Shown here one piece after another: positions 1-9,630 of a stretch of DNA of 64,000 nt. The notes below the pieces were generated by a model, which did not search any database, had not been told where the DNA came from, and worked only from the letters and a program-made list of their open reading frames with translations. Within the stretch, counting starts at the first letter, position 1. Each line of letters starts with the position of its first letter. A program made the translations under genes and the position numbers. Source of the stretch: Acidobacteriota bacterium (GTDB lineage Bacteria > Acidobacteriota > Thermoanaerobaculia > Multivoradales > J023); assembly GCA_029263395.1 (NCBI GenBank), contig JAJCXO010000208.1, positions 79,892-143,891 of the forward strand, read 5' to 3'.

Positions 1-1135
1 TACCGCGTACCACACCGATCAACGGGTGGCGTTCGGAAAGCCGCTCGAGGCCGGCTTTGAGCTGACTGCCGGCCACCCGGGCGTTCTCCTGCAAACCGTC
101 CTCGTCGATGGTCTCCAGCACCGCTAGGCCAGCAGCCATCGATACCGGATTGCCAGCGAAGGTGTTGAAATGAATGCGTTGCGCCAGCGGCTCGGCGATC
201 TCCCGTCGGGTGACGACGGCAGCGAGTGGAAAACCGCCTCCAATACCTTTGGCCATGGTGACGATGTCGGGTATCACGCCGAAGTTTTCGAAACCCCAAT
301 AGTGTTCACCGGTGCGGCCGAAGCCTGTTTGGACCTCGTCGGAGATACACAGGCCGCCGTACTGACGGACCGTGGCGTAGGCGCGCTCGAGATAACCCGG
401 TGCACCGTAGGTTGTCCCGCCAACACCCTGGATGGGCTCCGCAATGTAGGCTGCGACCTTGCCGCAGGTGGTGAAGCGGATCAGGTCCTCGACATCCTCG
501 GCACTGCGTTTGGCGATTTCTTCGGGTGTACCCTCGAAGGGGCTGCGGTAGGGATCTGGGCAGACAGTGTGGTGGATGCCCTCGCCATGTGGGATCGGAT
601 ACTTCCAGGTGTGATGCGAGGTTAGTCCGAGGGCGGTGGCGACGCCGCCATGGTAGGCGTTGCGCACCGCAACCACATCGCGGTGGCCGGTGAAGAGCCG
701 CGCCATGGTGATCGCCAGATCGTTGGCCTCGCTGCCACTGTTGAGGAAGTAGACGGTATCGAGCTCCGGCGGCAGCTTGGCAAGCAGCTTCTCGGCGAAG
801 GTCGGCAGTGTTGGATGCAGATAGAGCGTCGTGGCATGCTGCAGTCGCGACACCTGCTCGATGACCCGGGCGGTGACCTTGGGATGACAATGACCGCAGG
901 AGACCGTTGCGATGCCGGCGATGAAATCCAGATAACGACGGCCAGTCTCGTCGAAGAGATACTGCATATGGCCATCCGTGATCATCAGCGGCTTCTGGTA
1001 ATAGGTGAAGACCGCTGGATTCACCGTCTTCCGACGCAGGGCCAGCACCTCTTCGGCCGAAGGGCCTTCATAGGGCTGTGGCTGATGGTCGCAAGGCGGC
1101 ATTTGTGGCATCGTGAGCGTTGCAGATTCGGTCAT
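1..1135 (-). CDS. Class-III PLP aminotransferase, AGXT2/beta-alanine aminotransferase-like (runs off the left edge)
   Basis: Not in the ORF track because there is no stop in the window. Manual translation from ATG at 1135 (AGGAGA upstream) gives [85 protein letters not shown], with later [17 protein letters not shown] and FNTFAGNP motifs. Confidence 0.9.
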   Translation of the reverse strand, partial: MTESATLTMPQMPPCDHQPQPYEGPSAEEVLALRRKTVNPAVFTYYQKPLMITDGHMQYLFDETGRRYLDFIAGIATVSCGHCHPKVTARVIEQVSRLQHATTLYLHPTLPTFAEKLLAKLPPELDTVYFLNSGSEANDLAITMARLFTGHRDVVAVRNAYHGGVATALGLTSHHTWKYPIPHGEGIHHTVCPDPYRSPFEGTPEEIAKRSAEDVEDLIRFTTCGKVAAYIAEPIQGVGGTTYGAPGYLERAYATVRQYGGLCISDEVQTGFGRTGEHYWGFENFGVIPDIVTMAKGIGGGFPLAAVVTRREIAEPLAQRIHFNTFAGNPVSMAAGLAVLETIDEDGLQENARVAGSQLKAGLERLSERHPLIGVVRG

Positions 1136-1371
1136 CTCGATCTCCTGGAAAGGGATGGCGTAGGCGCAGGATTGTAACAGTCAGGAGGTTGAGTGGTGGG
1201 TTGTCACAGCGGATCAGATCGAAGGCTTGTAGTTGTTCGTTCTCTGTATATGGTTGATAATTATCTAGATCACTGTTGTGATTACTCGGCATTACAGATG
1301 CCGAGCCGGTAGAAGCCCGTCTCGGGAACGCGTCTCGGGAAGACCATCAATTCGTAAGGAGAGCGTCGGGA

Positions 1372-4300
1372 ATGCGCAGGCACAGAACGAAGCGTCCCCA
1401 GCGTCAGCTACCTGAGCCCCTCGCTGTACTCGAAGGGCGAATTACGGTCCGGGTTGAAGATCTCTTCGATCTCATCCATGCGATCAATCCAACCCAACGG
1501 CAACTCGCAGCAAAAGAAAAGACGCGGCGTTATCGACTCAAGTCGAGGCTGCAGAGCCTGCTGATTCGGCAATTCGGCGACCAATATCTGACGGTGACAC
1601 GCACCGCAGGGCAGCTCGCGGGTGGCAACGTCGTCAGCCTCGATCATCGCTCCGGACTCCGCGATGCCTGTCACGCTGTGCTCGATGAGCTCGAACCCGA
1701 CGCTCGTGCCTGGGTCCAGCGCCAACTCGATTTCCAAGCTCAGCCAGGGGTGTCGCAGTCCGAGGAGCTACAGTCCGAGGTGCTACAGTCCGAGGTGCTG
1801 GCGCCCGAACTCACGATCATTGAGGCGCGTTCCGTTCCGGAGGATCGTGCGGCGTCGATCGAGGAGCTCCTGGCCAGGGCGCGCCAATCGATCGATAGCT
1901 ACGACTACGAAGCTGCGGAGACGCAACTAGCACTGGCCTTCGAGCGTAGCCAGGGGGCGATCGAGGCCGCCCAGCCCTACCTCGAGCTGTTGGTTGACCT
2001 GCTCGGTATGGACGATGAGGCATTGCGAATCGAGCCGCTACTAGCGTCCGATGCGCTCCAGGGAGCGGTGGTGCGAGCCTCGTTGGCGCTGGCGGCGGCG
2101 CGGACCGGCGCCAGTGACAAGGCGGCCCAGCTGATTCGTGGTGTCGGGTTGAGGCCAGCTGCCGAGGTTTATGCAGTGTTGGCAGAGCAGGCGATCCGTA
2201 GCCGAGATCGACCGGTGGCTCGTCGCAATCTCGATCTGGTGATCGAGCACGATCCGCCCCACCCCCTCATCCCACGCCTCGAACAAGAACTCGCCGATCT
2301 TTTGGCTACCGAGCATCGACCCGCCGAGGAGGCGTTGCGTGAGCGGTTCGAACAGGAAGGAGCTCTGGCGGTAGAGGATGATGCGCGGACCTTGGGTGAG
2401 CTGTGGCCGGCAAGTGAGGTGGTGCGGCAGGTTCTGCGGGAAGCTGCTGAGCTGAATCGCCAGGCAGCGATTGTCGATCTGCAAGGCCGTGGTGATCAGG
2501 CATTTGCCGACCACCGATACCCAGAGGCTGCCCGCCATTGGCAACAGGCCCTAGAAGCGGGGAGCGAGCGGCCGGATCTGGCAAGGTTGGTCGAGGAAGC
2601 CGAGGCGTGTGAGCGTGAGCGTCAGGCGTCGGAGCGGGTGGCCTCGGTGTCGGCAGGCCTGCAAGACGCGGTGGATCGTGATGCGTTGATGAGTTTCCTG
2701 GCCTTGCCCGAGGCGTTGCGGCAGAGGGTCCGTGAGCAGCATTCGGAGCCGGTTTTGACTTGGTTGGAGACCATGGGCGCCCCGGCATCCGGAGTGCGGG
2801 CACAAACGATGGTGCAAGCGGCGCTCGCTTTGGAGCGGGCACAAACCGCATTCCAGCAGGGTGAGCTGCGGCGAGCGATCGACGAGATATCGCCCTATCT
2901 CAAGGAGCTGCAGGGGGTGACGGAAGCTCAGCAGCTGAATGAACAGGCGCACCGGAAGCTCACCCTCGCACAACAGGAGCAGGTGCGTTCTGGGTTGGCG
3001 ACGGTTCGCAAAGCCCTGGCCGAAGGGCGGCTCGAAGAGGCTGGATTCGAGCTCGAGGCTGTGGCACAGAGTTTGGCGTCGATCGAGCTCGTAGCTCTGG
3101 TAGCCGACGAGCGTCGACAACTCAAAGCGTTGCGGACACGCCTCGAGCACGCCCGAACCGTACAGCTGCTGATGGCGGAGATCGAGCGTTTGCGGCAAGC
3201 TGGTGAACCGTTGGCGGCTCTGGCCTGTGGCCGTGATGTGCTGGAGCGTGCCACCGAAGAGGAGCGAGAGGGAGCGCGCCTGCTAGTTGCCGAGCTCGAG
3301 GCTGGCGTTCAGCAAGCCTGGCGGGTAGAAGTTGTCGAAGGGTGCGGTCCGTTGTCCGAAGTAGCGAGCATCGAGCCGCCGTTCCCTCTCGAAAAAGCTG
3401 CGGTTTGGCTCGAACCATCCGGTCGGCAGCTGCTGCTGACTGAGGTTAGCGGACGCTGGCTGTTCCTCTACTGGGTGGATCTCGAACGTCAGGAGGTCAG
3501 CGTCCGGGTTTCGCTTCGAGCCCCACGACCACTCGATGTTGGCTTTTCCGTGACGGTCGAAGACAGACGAATCTGGATTCTCAGCAATAAGGGGGAAGTT
3601 CTCGAGATTGGGCGCTGTGACTGGGAGATTCTCAGCTGGCGATGCCTCGAAGACTTGTTGCCTGAGCAAATCAAGATGCACAGCGTTATGTTGGTTCCCG
3701 GCAGCCACCATGCCGGTGCGCCGATGGTGTGGGTCGATATCGGATCCAAGGCCGAGGACAGCAAATGGAGGTGTTGTACGGTTGACCTCAACCGTTGGCA
3801 AATTCAAGGCGAACTCGAGGACTCCTGGGCGCTGGCATTGGTTAAGAAGGGGCCTCCGCGAGTGGTTTCAGCTCCCTTCTTGGGAGGTGCTCACCTGCGT
3901 GATGCACGTGGCAAAGAGATTGTCGGTGGCTTGTTGCCCCTCGGTGGGCAGTTGCAATCTGTGGCTGCGGCCCCTGAGGGGGATGGGTTGGTAATGGTGG
4001 ATCGGCGCGAGCCCCGCGGCGATATTGAAGACGAGAAGTTCATCGATCGCTTCTTTCCAAGATTGATTCGCCATGGCGGCGAGGGCATGTTCCTGGTCTG
4101 GGCCGAACCTGAACAGGGGGCCAAGGCATACCGCGTTAGAACCTCTGCAGAGTTGACGCGCTCGTCCGAATGTGGCGGCGACACGGTGGCGACCAGCAGC
4201 GAGCAAGGCCTTAGTTTTGTTTTGGTCGTTAGTGGCACTGCTCATCCGGTGGAGCTGCGGGCGTTTGAACCCGACGCCACTGGACTGCGTGAGCTCTATC

Positions 4301-5406
4301 GGGTCGATTTGCCGGTGACGACCGATTTGATCCAGGATGCCAAAGGGCGATGGGTGGTCGCGGTGACCGACGGCGCGGCAGGTCTGGAGATGCATCGTCT
4401 CGGTCCGGAGCCGCCACGGATCCATCTGGAGCCGGCGGGCGATCAGCGGCTGCCAGTCTCCAATGGGGTTTTCGATTGTGATGCCTTCGACACCGATCCT
4501 TTAGGTGAGGGCGCAACCCTAGGTGACAACGACTCACTGGATGACGCAGTGATGCGTGCCGAGAGCGCGCTGAGCAACCGGGGAGGTGATGGCCAATCGG
4601 ATTCCGACGACGAGGTGGTGCGGTGGTTGGCGATGTGCCAGCTCGCCCTGCAAGGGGTTGCGGCAAGTGAATTGCCAGTCGATCAGATTGCCGGGCTCGA
4701 GGAAGCCCGCGAGGCTATGATGCAGCACCCATGGCGGTTCACTGGTGCCTACTTTGCAGCCTGCGAGGCAGCGAAGCTCGCCGATTGGGACACGGTGGAA
4801 GCGCTGTTGGCGGTGTCAGACCAAGGGGACCTCGAGGAGCGACACCTACGGCACTATTACCATCTGCGAGGGCTGCTGCACCTGCACCGTGGTCGGGATC
4901 GGGAGGCTTTGGTAGCCTTCGACGAGGCGGACCAGCACCAAGGCAGTTGCGAACTGGAACCCTTAATCGACCTCACCAGACCGATGCCCTCGACCTTCGA
5001 AGCTGAATCCTGGGGGCCAGATCAACCAGTGATTCGACAGCTCATCGGTGCGATCCGTAGCGCCGACGAAGCCTTCGCAGCGGGTGACCTCGAACAGACG
5101 CGCAGGATTCTGGAGCGACCGAGCATCTGGCGAGCCCAAGAGCTCCAGAGCAGCGCCCGTCGAGCCAGACTCTGGCTCGCCACAGCCACGACTTCGCCTC
5201 GCGAGCGTCACACCAAGCGGCGTGCTCTGGCGCAGTTCTTTTTCCTTCAAAACCTCGGCCGACAGTCGATGCGCCACCAGATCCTGCGGGCTGATCTGAG
5301 CTGGGATACCGACCGCCTCGCCGCCCTTGCCGAACGTGCTGAAGCTTGGCTCGAGACCGGAGTCGACGGAATATCGGACGTGCTTGCGTCGTTTCATGAC
5401 ATGTAA
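1372..5406 (+). CDS. Large TPR/helical-repeat protein of unknown function (1344 aa)
   Basis: Long ORF with AAGGAG RBS. Ala/Leu/Glu-rich TPR-like helices in the N-terminal half and C-terminal part, with a beta-rich central region. Confidence 0.75.
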   Translation: MRRHRTKRPQRQLPEPLAVLEGRITVRVEDLFDLIHAINPTQRQLAAKEKTRRYRLKSRLQSLLIRQFGDQYLTVTRTAGQLAGGNVVSLDHRSGLRDACHAVLDELEPDARAWVQRQLDFQAQPGVSQSEELQSEVLQSEVLAPELTIIEARSVPEDRAASIEELLARARQSIDSYDYEAAETQLALAFERSQGAIEAAQPYLELLVDLLGMDDEALRIEPLLASDALQGAVVRASLALAAARTGASDKAAQLIRGVGLRPAAEVYAVLAEQAIRSRDRPVARRNLDLVIEHDPPHPLIPRLEQELADLLATEHRPAEEALRERFEQEGALAVEDDARTLGELWPASEVVRQVLREAAELNRQAAIVDLQGRGDQAFADHRYPEAARHWQQALEAGSERPDLARLVEEAEACERERQASERVASVSAGLQDAVDRDALMSFLALPEALRQRVREQHSEPVLTWLETMGAPASGVRAQTMVQAALALERAQTAFQQGELRRAIDEISPYLKELQGVTEAQQLNEQAHRKLTLAQQEQVRSGLATVRKALAEGRLEEAGFELEAVAQSLASIELVALVADERRQLKALRTRLEHARTVQLLMAEIERLRQAGEPLAALACGRDVLERATEEEREGARLLVAELEAGVQQAWRVEVVEGCGPLSEVASIEPPFPLEKAAVWLEPSGRQLLLTEVSGRWLFLYWVDLERQEVSVRVSLRAPRPLDVGFSVTVEDRRIWILSNKGEVLEIGRCDWEILSWRCLEDLLPEQIKMHSVMLVPGSHHAGAPMVWVDIGSKAEDSKWRCCTVDLNRWQIQGELEDSWALALVKKGPPRVVSAPFLGGAHLRDARGKEIVGGLLPLGGQLQSVAAAPEGDGLVMVDRREPRGDIEDEKFIDRFFPRLIRHGGEGMFLVWAEPEQGAKAYRVRTSAELTRSSECGGDTVATSSEQGLSFVLVVSGTAHPVELRAFEPDATGLRELYRVDLPVTTDLIQDAKGRWVVAVTDGAAGLEMHRLGPEPPRIHLEPAGDQRLPVSNGVFDCDAFDTDPLGEGATLGDNDSLDDAVMRAESALSNRGGDGQSDSDDEVVRWLAMCQLALQGVAASELPVDQIAGLEEAREAMMQHPWRFTGAYFAACEAAKLADWDTVEALLAVSDQGDLEERHLRHYYHLRGLLHLHRGRDREALVAFDEADQHQGSCELEPLIDLTRPMPSTFEAESWGPDQPVIRQLIGAIRSADEAFAAGDLEQTRRILERPSIWRAQELQSSARRARLWLATATTSPRERHTKRRALAQFFFLQNLGRQSMRHQILRADLSWDTDRLAALAERAEAWLETGVDGISDVLASFHDM
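1756..1800 (+). repeat. In-frame 15-bp tandem repeat x3 (QSEEL QSEVL QSEVL)
   Basis: cagtccgaggagcta cagtccgaggtgcta cagtccgaggtgctg. Confidence 0.9.
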
Positions 5407-5434
5407 GCTTTGGATTTGACCCACAGGAGATTCC

Positions 5435-6127
5435 ATGTTCGACCCCATGTATCTATTACTCGTCGCGTTGCCCACTTTGGTGCTCTCTATGGGCGCGTCG
5501 GCGTTGACTAAATCTACCTTCAAGAAATATTCACGCCAGCGGGCATCAACCGGCCTCACCGGAGCTGAAGCTGCTCGCCAGATGCTGGACCGAGCTGGGA
5601 TCACCGGCGTCGAAGTGGTCGCGACCCGCGGCTATCTGACCGATCACTACAATCCGATGAACAAAACCCTGGCCCTATCCGAGGCGACCTATGCTCAGGC
5701 TACCGTGTCGGCGATCGGTGTTGCTTGTCATGAAGCTGGCCATGCAATCCAGCACGCTCGGGCCTATGGACCGTTGTGGGCCCGCTCGATGCTGGTGCCG
5801 GTAGCGGGTATCGGTTCGAAGTTTGGCCTCTACGGCATGATGTTCGGCTTGATGTTGACGTCAACCGCTTTGTTCGGGGTTGGTGCCTTGCTGTTCTCCG
5901 CCGTTGTTTTGTTCCAACTCGTGACGCTGCCGGTCGAGTTCGACGCCTCGGCCCGTGCCAAGAAGCTGGCGTATGAATTTGGGCTGGTGAGCCACGCTGA
6001 GCGGGAAGGTGTTTCCAAGGTGCTGAATGCCGCCGCGCTGACCTATGTCGCTGCTGCAGCGTCTTCGATTATCACTTTGCTCTACTTCCTTTTCCGGGCT
6101 GGCTTACTCGGCGGTCGTCGCGACTGA
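5435..6127 (+). CDS. Membrane zinc metallopeptidase (YugP / Zn_peptidase_2-like)
   Basis: LTDHYNP, HEAGHAIQH, LPVEFDASARA and AAALTYVAAA motifs; several TM segments; AGGAGA RBS. Confidence 0.92.
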   Translation: MFDPMYLLLVALPTLVLSMGASALTKSTFKKYSRQRASTGLTGAEAARQMLDRAGITGVEVVATRGYLTDHYNPMNKTLALSEATYAQATVSAIGVACHEAGHAIQHARAYGPLWARSMLVPVAGIGSKFGLYGMMFGLMLTSTALFGVGALLFSAVVLFQLVTLPVEFDASARAKKLAYEFGLVSHAEREGVSKVLNAAALTYVAAAASSIITLLYFLFRAGLLGGRRD

Positions 6128-6305
6128 GCGGCGTTTTCCTCAGGTATCGGGCCACGAGCTGCGGCTCGGCCTCCGAATGACCGCTTGATGACGTCTCTGT
6201 GCGTCGACAAGGATGGGCATGATCCGCGGAGACCGGGGCTCGACGGTGATCCGTTGGGCGATGACCTGTCGATGGTGGCTCAGGATTTGGTCAGAAGCTC
6301 TGTTG

Positions 6306-6490
6306 ACCCGGTAATATCGCTTTTGTCGGCCGACATATCCGATATTACCGGGTGATATCGCTTTTGTCGGCCGACATATTGGGTTTTCCTCGGGGTAAGG
6401 GGCTTTTGTCGGGCGAGCTGTTGCGTTGTTACGCGGTGATATCGGGTTGGTTTTTCGACGATCCTGGGTGTGACCGGGTAAAAAAGGCAC
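6306..6490. repeat. Intergenic degenerate tandem array, 41-42-bp period, about 5 units, first unit palindromic
   Basis: Units start at 6307, 6348, 6390, 6432 and 6474. 14-bp perfect inverted repeat acccggtaatatcg/cgatattaccgggt (6306-6353) encloses the palindrome tgtcggccgaca. Confidence 0.8.
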
Positions 6491-6615
6491 ATTTCTCCGT
6501 TGGGATCTGGCAACCCTGCTCCAGTGAATGCTGGAGGTGACACCTGAATCGGGCGGATGCGGTATGCTGCCCAGTCAGAGAATAAGCTTACGAAACGACG
6601 AGAGAGGGGAGTGTC

Positions 6616-7011
6616 ATGAAGTTGAGCAAGAGTTATGAGATCGACGCGACCGTCGAGCAGGTTTATGGTGCTTGGGTGTCCAACGACACGGTGATTCCGC
6701 CCGCAACGGCGATGGAAGTGGACCCGAAAGAGGGTGGCATCTATCGGCTGGTGGCGTCATTCGACGGCCAGGAGTCGACGATGATCGGACGTTTCAAGAC
6801 TGTCCGCCCATTGGAACACTTGGAGTACAGCTGGGAATGGAACCACGATGGCGACAAGTCGTGGGTACGGGTCGACTTCACAGACCTCGGAGGTCGCACC
6901 CGGGTGAATCTCGAGCACGACGCAATCGATACCGAGGAGACGATGGGTAACCTGAGTTACGGTTGGGACAGTTATCTCGCTGGCCTCGAAAAACACCTGC
7001 AGGAAGGTTGA
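6616..7011 (+). CDS. SRPBCC / AHSA1-like START domain protein
   Basis: Typical AHSA1 pattern: 'IDATVEQVYGAW', 'VDPKEGGIYRL', 'LEYSWEW', C-terminal 'GWDSYLAGL'. Confidence 0.85.
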   Translation: MKLSKSYEIDATVEQVYGAWVSNDTVIPPATAMEVDPKEGGIYRLVASFDGQESTMIGRFKTVRPLEHLEYSWEWNHDGDKSWVRVDFTDLGGRTRVNLEHDAIDTEETMGNLSYGWDSYLAGLEKHLQEG

Positions 7012-7146
7012 TTTAGGTAGATCCCGCCCAAGAGCGCCGGTGGTCTGGTCGCCCCCTGTGGACTGCGCGGCCTGGGCGGCCCCCTGGCTGCGTAACTCGC
7101 CTGGGCGTCTTAGTGTCCGCCAACCCTGTTGGATAGGAGTTAGACC

Positions 7147-8517
7147 ATGCCGAACATTCAAGATGTTCTTGCTCGTATTGACCATGAAAAGACGCAGACC
7201 CTCGATGAGCTCATCGAGTTGCTGAAGATTCCGTCCGTATCGACCGACCCGGAATTTGCCGACGAGGTTGTGCGCTGTTCCGAGGTGCTCATCAACAAGC
7301 TACGGGGTCTTGGCTTTACCACCGAGAGCCTAGATTATGGTGGTTTTCCGATCGTTTACGGTGAATGGATGGGGGCGCCTGGACGCCCGACACTCCTGAT
7401 GTATGGGCACTACGATGTGCAGCCCGCCGATCCGATTGAAGAATGGCGTCATCCGCCGTTCGAGCCGGTGGTCGAAGATGGTTATTTGATCGCCCGCGGA
7501 GTGACCGACGACAAGGCGCAGATGTTCAGCCACCTCAAGGCGGTGGAGGCGATCCTCGCCGAGCGAGGGAGCTTGCCAGTCAACGTCAAGTTTCTGCTCG
7601 AAGGTGAGGAAGAGTCCAACAGCACATCGATTTTGCGATGTGTGCGGGAGGACACGGAAGGCAAGTTGGCCTGCGATGCGGTGTTGATCTCCGATTCCGA
7701 CATGCTGAGCCCGCAGCAACCGTTGCTCTACTACGGCGTGCGGGGCATTACCTACATGGAGCTTGAAGTCCACGGTCCGAACCGTGATCTGCACTCCGGG
7801 ATGTTCGGTGGCGCTGTCGCCAATCCGCTCAATGCTTTGAGCAAGATACTCGCCAGTCTGACCGACGCCCAAGGGCGGGTCGCTATTCCTGGCTTTTATG
7901 ACGACGTGCGTCCACTGGCTGATTGGGAGCGGGAAGAGGCCCGAGATGTGCCCCATGACGAGGCCGAATATCTCGCAGATTTAGGGGTCGAGGCCGGCTT
8001 CGGCGAAGAGGGCTACAGCACGGTCGAGCGGGTTGCGATGCGCCCGACTTGTGATGTCAACGGGTTGTGGGGAGGCTACCAGGGAGCCGGTCAGAAGACC
8101 GTTTTACCGGCGTCGGCCGGGGCCAAGGTTTCGATGCGCCTGGTACCGAATCAGGACGCGGCGAAGATTGCCGAGCTTTTTGAGCAGCACATACGGCAGA
8201 TTGCTCCCCCCGGTGTACGAGTCGAGGTTCGTGCCCTCGACGGTGCCAACGGTGTGCTGATCGATACCGAAGGCCCGATCGTCGAAGCCGCGATGGAGGC
8301 CATGGCCGAAGAGTGGGGGGCCCGCCCGTTACGGGTTCGGGGTGGCGGCTCTCTGCCGATCGTCGAAGTGTTCGCTGATCAGATGAAAGTGCCAGTGATG
8401 TTGCTCGGCTTCGGGTTGCCCGGGGATGGCCCCCACTCTCCCAACGAGCGATACGCTGTCGAGCAGCTCTACGGCGGTATCCGATCGGTAGTCAGGATTC
8501 TGGATCGGATGCCTTAG
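7147..8517 (+). CDS. M20 family dipeptidase
   Basis: YGHYDVQP, ARGVTDDK, EGEEES, DLHSG, GGGSLP and HSPNE motifs. Confidence 0.93.
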   Translation: MPNIQDVLARIDHEKTQTLDELIELLKIPSVSTDPEFADEVVRCSEVLINKLRGLGFTTESLDYGGFPIVYGEWMGAPGRPTLLMYGHYDVQPADPIEEWRHPPFEPVVEDGYLIARGVTDDKAQMFSHLKAVEAILAERGSLPVNVKFLLEGEEESNSTSILRCVREDTEGKLACDAVLISDSDMLSPQQPLLYYGVRGITYMELEVHGPNRDLHSGMFGGAVANPLNALSKILASLTDAQGRVAIPGFYDDVRPLADWEREEARDVPHDEAEYLADLGVEAGFGEEGYSTVERVAMRPTCDVNGLWGGYQGAGQKTVLPASAGAKVSMRLVPNQDAAKIAELFEQHIRQIAPPGVRVEVRALDGANGVLIDTEGPIVEAAMEAMAEEWGARPLRVRGGGSLPIVEVFADQMKVPVMLLGFGLPGDGPHSPNERYAVEQLYGGIRSVVRILDRMP

Positions 8518-9574
8518 CTGCGTCCATACGTTCGCGCTTCATTTCGAGAGACAGCTCTTGATGCCAGGCGCTGATCGCAACTTCATAATAGTTTTCGCTG
8601 AAGCGGATCCACTCCCCTAAGGAATCGGGGAGTTTCAACAGGCGAGCGGTTTCGTTGGCGGTCATCTCGGTACCAAAGGTCTTGCGGGCGGCAGCTTCAA
8701 CCTCGCCCAGGACCGCCAGCAGCCCTTCGATGTCAGCAGTGTCTGCAATCGATCCATGGCCTGGCACGTAGATGGTTTCGCGCTCGCGCATCGCGTCGCG
8801 GATACTCTGCTCGAACAGTGACGGAGTGGTATCGCGAAAGTTTGGGAACATGTGGTTCCACACCAAGTCGCCGTAGAACACAACGCTCGGGTCTTCGACT
8901 TCGATGGTGACGTCGCTTGCGGTGTGGCCAGCTCGCGGTTCGAGGCGGACTTTGCGGCCACCCAGATCGATCGTGTTGCCGTTAGTGGCATCGATCTCCT
9001 GGGTTGATTCGTAGAGGGCGGTCCGCTCCGTTTCGTCGCCACGACCAGAGTTTTGGCCGCGATCTTGGAGCAGCAGCTCGCGGGTCTTCGATGTGGTCCA
9101 GATACGGGGAGCCTCGCCATCCCGAACGAAGCCGGTGACGCCGTTGGCGTGGTCGCCATGGTAATGGGTGATGACCACATCCGTTGGCCATCGGCCGGTG
9201 AGCTCGTGGGCTTGTTGTGCCGCCCAGCGGGCCCCCTTGGCGCCAGCGAAACTCTCGATCACCATCACTCCGTCCTTGCCAGCGATGATGCCGCCGTTGG
9301 ATAGGGTCGTCCAATCCTTGGCATCGAGCGGGGTCGATACGATAGCCCAGATGCCGTCATAAAGCTGCTCGAGTCGCGCCCATGGCTCCCTGGCTACGAT
9401 CTTGTGTGCCGATCCCTCGGCAAACAGGCGCTGGGTGACAAGCGAGCCGGCGGCCGACATCCACAACAGGTGGGCGCCGCAGGAACCGGTGCGTGCAAGG
9501 AATTGGCGCCGAGACAGCCCCGGTGTGTCCGTGGTTGGGATGGTCTGGCAAGTGTAGAAGGGAGGGGTGGCCAT
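8492..9574 (-). CDS. MBL-fold metallo-hydrolase, probably Tat-exported
   Basis: SRRQFL twin-arginine-like motif; THYHGDH, GHT, GD and PGHG metal-binding motifs. Overlaps the convergent M20 gene by 26 bp. Confidence 0.88.
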   Translation of the reverse strand: MATPPFYTCQTIPTTDTPGLSRRQFLARTGSCGAHLLWMSAAGSLVTQRLFAEGSAHKIVAREPWARLEQLYDGIWAIVSTPLDAKDWTTLSNGGIIAGKDGVMVIESFAGAKGARWAAQQAHELTGRWPTDVVITHYHGDHANGVTGFVRDGEAPRIWTTSKTRELLLQDRGQNSGRGDETERTALYESTQEIDATNGNTIDLGGRKVRLEPRAGHTASDVTIEVEDPSVVFYGDLVWNHMFPNFRDTTPSLFEQSIRDAMRERETIYVPGHGSIADTADIEGLLAVLGEVEAAARKTFGTEMTANETARLLKLPDSLGEWIRFSENYYEVAISAWHQELSLEMKRERMDAAKASDPES

Positions 9575-9630
9575 CTATCGACTCCTTCGAAGCAGCTGGG
9601 GGTGGGATACCAGGGGTTGAGTTGGAGTAC

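Noticed and set aside
1265-1345. Short palindromes (ctcggcat/atgccgag; atcac/gtgat) and a direct repeat (cgtctcgggaa x2) in the divergent promoter region
   Set aside because: Plausible operators, but too short to assign and no cognate regulator is adjacent.
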